A stretch of 64,000 bases of DNA from Eledone cirrhosa (lineage: Eukaryota): NCBI GenBank assembly GCA_964016885.1, contig OZ024745.1, forward strand, positions 89,962,001 to 90,026,000, given 5' to 3'. The notes beneath the pieces were generated by a model. It made no database searches and had not been told where the DNA came from. It was given only the letters and a program-made list of their open reading frames with translations. Positions within the stretch are counted from its first letter, which is position 1; each line of letters begins with the position of its first letter. Below, piece by piece: positions 60,791 to 64,000 of this stretch. The translations under genes and the position numbers were made by a program.

Positions 60791-60834
60791 ATGAAATCGA
60801 AAATGCAACTGGAGTCTTATTTTTAAAAATATAT

Positions 60835-61675
60835 ATATATTTATTTGGTTCCTCTACCGGTTTCGCAGTTCTTCTGCTTTTCAAAAGTAGAGTTGAGATG
60901 GAGGGTCTGTGGCTTTTCTCACATCTGGTTGGTCTCTGAATGTTACTTGTTTTATATGGAAAAAAGTGGCTCGAAACGCCAGGTTTTTAGAGAAGTAATT
61001 TGATTGGTTGATCAATAAGTATAATAAATTTCGCGCCAGTTCGCGTTACAAAGTTCTTCAAACAGGGTGGGGGGGGGGGCTCAGGTTGCTTTTTTCATAT
61101 ATGAGTGTTTGAATTTCTTTTTACTTAAAAAAAGGGGGGCTCACGAAGGCTTTTCTTTATAAAAGTAATTTATTAAATTTCGCGTCCGTATTTGGGAATT
61201 TATTTTGTAGCTAGTATTTTAGAGAATTTTATGACAAACAAAAGATAATGGTCAAGAGAAATGGGATGGGAGAATTGTCTGGTTCAGTGAATAAACCAGG
61301 TTGTTTTTTCATATATGAGTGAAGTTTGGTTGCTTGATGTAGTCACGTGAATAAGTATATCAGCTTTCGCGTAAGTTTGTTTGAATTTCTTTTTACTTTA
61401 AAAAAAGTGGCTCACGAAAGCTTTTTTTTAATAAATATAATTTGATTGGTTATAAATGAAATTATGTAATCACGTGAACAAATTCATTAAATTTCGCGAC
61501 CGTATTTGGGAATTTATTTTGTAGCCTTTTAGAGAATTTTATGACAAGCAAAAGATAATGGTCAAGAGAAATGGGATGGGAGAATAGTTCTGGTTCAGTG
61601 AATATGGTTGGTTCGCTGGGGTGTCAGAATTCAGATTTTCTATTGAAATAAAGAAAGTAAAGATATGTATGTTTA

Positions 61676-61757
<82 letters not shown>

Positions 61758-64000
61758 GGAAGATGATTCTATTTTTGAATGCACATATTTTCCTTACTTA
61801 TTCGTATTTGTTCTGTTGTATTGTCAGCGCAAACGTATGTTAAGGTTTATTTAGTTCGGGTTTTTATTTTCTAAAGTAGAAGGTGTTATGTGTGTATGTG
61901 GCTGTTTGGATGGTTAGCATGTTATGGTGTTGACATAATGTATATTAAACCATATTTTTGAATAAACATACTTTCCTTATTTATTCGTACTTGTTCTGTT
62001 GTATTGTCAGCGCAAACGTAAAATGGGAAGACTTGAAATTTGGGTGTCTTATTACTTGCGCATATGTTTAGATGTGCGCTTAGTGGTTTCTGTCTCGTGG
62101 TTGGATCTCGTAATTGCTGGCGATGAACTGTCATTCTGTTTCTGGGTGTGAGTTTAGTTTGTCCTATATAATCTTCATTGCATCCTTTACATTAAATAGC
62201 ATAAATTAGATTTTTTGATGAGCAAGTGAAGTGATGTTTTACAGCAAAATTTTGTCCTGATTTAAATGTATACGTGTTGCCTTCAATGAGGTGAGTGCAG
62301 GTTCCACAATTAGAGCGACCACATTTTTTGACAGTTGGTTGTGAATTTGTGGTAGGTAATTTGGCATTGGTGAGTAATGTTTTCAGTGATTTCGGTTGTC
62401 TTTTGCTTTTGATTATTTTGTGTGTTTCAAGGGCTTTTTTCGTTCATGGGTCTTGTTTCAGTAGTGGGATGTTCTTGTAAATAGTGTTATAAGCTTCCGC
62501 ATTTCTTGGGTTGTGTGTTGAGATATATGATAGAATATTGGACGTACCTTGAATTTGTTTCTGCTTTCGTAATTCATCAATGGCTATTGCTTTAGCCCTT
62601 TCTATTCCCTTATTTATTAGTAATGGTGGGTACTGTCTTTCGAGTAGAATTTTCTTTAATTCTTGAAGTCTTTTATTACGCGTTTCATAATTGGAGACAA
62701 TTGTGCAATTCTTCTTGCTAGGTTAAAAGGAATGTTCGTCTTCGTGTGCTTTGGATGGTTGGAGGTGAAAGCAGGTATTGTTTGGAATCTGTTGGTTTGT
62801 AGTGTATGTCAGTTTCAATATTTGTGTATTTTTTAAAGATTAAGATGTCTAGAAATGGGAGTTGATTTTGGCTGTATTCCACTGTGAATTGGATGTGGTT
62901 ATTGATGCAGTTTATTCAGTTTTTGAAATGATTCAGTTGGTCGAGTGTGTGGGAACAAAGAATGAGACAATCATCCAAGTAGCGTTTCCAATTCTCTGAT
63001 AAATATTTGTGTAAGTTCAATCAGTATTTTGATTTGGACTGTTCATATATCTGGACTTCTAAGTATTCCATGACTAAGTTGGCATAAGTTGGAGTGGCTT
63101 TTGTACCCATCGCAATCCCCAATATTTGCTTGTAAGTACTGCCATCGAAATCAAAAAGGTGTTCTGTAAGATAAATTTTAATTCGTCGGTGATGAAGCTT
63201 TTTTCTATTCTTCCAGATAACTCATTGGGATATTTCTCTAGCCAGAATCCTATTGCTTGTAGTCCATATTGGTGTGGGATCATCGAAAGACACAATAATA
63301 GTGTCGTTGTTGACATGTTTGGTGAGGTGGTTTAGGAGGTCCAGATCGTCTCTTACAAGGCTTGGTGTGTGTTTGAGAATTGGTTTTAGTACTATGTCTA
63401 TAAAGTTGCTCAGTCTGTGTGTTTCACATTTGTGGGCCCTCTACAATTGGTCTAAATTTAAGGTATGTGGGGGTATTGTGTGTTCACGCAGACTGAGGTG
63501 GATTGTTTACAGGCATCGTTAATTATTTTACACTTGTGGATCTTCGGAAGTCCGTAAAAATTGCTGGTTTTGTATTCAAAATGTGTTAAATAATCGCGTT
63601 CCTTTTTAGTTAAGTCTTCCTGGTATCGACAAATCAGTGTATTTAATCTTGGTCATTGTTTTTGATTGCTGGTAGTTTTTACTCTTTCATAGTAATTACT
63701 ATTTTGTAAGAGAGAGAACATAGAATTTTTATATTTTTCAGCATCCATAATGACAACAGTACTTCCCTTGTCCTCTTCCTTAATTATAATGTCCGTATTG
63801 TTTTTTAGTTCATGGATAATCTGCCATTCTATTCGACTCGTGTTGGGTTTGGGTTTAGGTTGCGATAGTTCATGGTATGGAAAATTAGCTGTGAACTCTG
63901 TTTCTACCTTTTGTTGGGTTGTGCCTGCTTTTATTCCGTACAATTGATTGGTCGTTATTCTCCTTGTCAAAGAATTCCTCTGTGAGACGTAATTTTCTTC
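60835..64000 (-). mobile_element. Degraded Neptune-type PLE (RT, GIY-YIG, 3' tail/pLTR with HHR at 60852-60887); runs off the window end
   Basis: IIIKEEDKGSTVVIMD, NFYGLPKIHK, FRPIVEG, GIAMGTKATPTYANL, WKRYLDD, LPFLDI, KCGRSNCGTC, FTCSSKNLIY..C..C..YIGQT..RMTVH. HHR ctt-TTGAAAA-gcag/ctgc-GAAA-CCGG-TA-gag. Confidence 0.88.

Overview
This is AT-rich, microsatellite-dense eukaryotic DNA. The tRNA-derived SINEs, simple-repeat load and element types are typical of an octopus/cephalopod genome (inference). The only host gene visible is the last two coding exons of an HSPA12-family (atypical Hsp70) gene on the minus strand, at 47809-47937 and 43719-44191. Most of the rest is retroelement debris inserted into (AT)n and related microsatellites. 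It includes Penelope-like elements (PLEs; RT plus GIY-YIG) of at least four lineages, an R4/Dong-type RLE LINE in a (TACA)n tract, a CR1/L2-group LINE 3' fragment, about 8 SINEs and two non-autonomous Helitrons. By eye I count about 28 type I hammerhead ribozyme (HHR) motifs, including core variants (U3-A8, C4, GCAA). One family has a large branched stem II insert with compensatory changes across three copies and looks like a non-coding, circularly permuted retrozyme. Other notable points are an in-frame TGA at a conserved CxxC cysteine of a nearly intact Naiad-type PLE (candidate selenocysteine), and a recurrent head-to-head inverted architecture of PLE ends whose arms both terminate in microsatellites. 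All calls were made by eye without searches; repeat boundaries are approximate.
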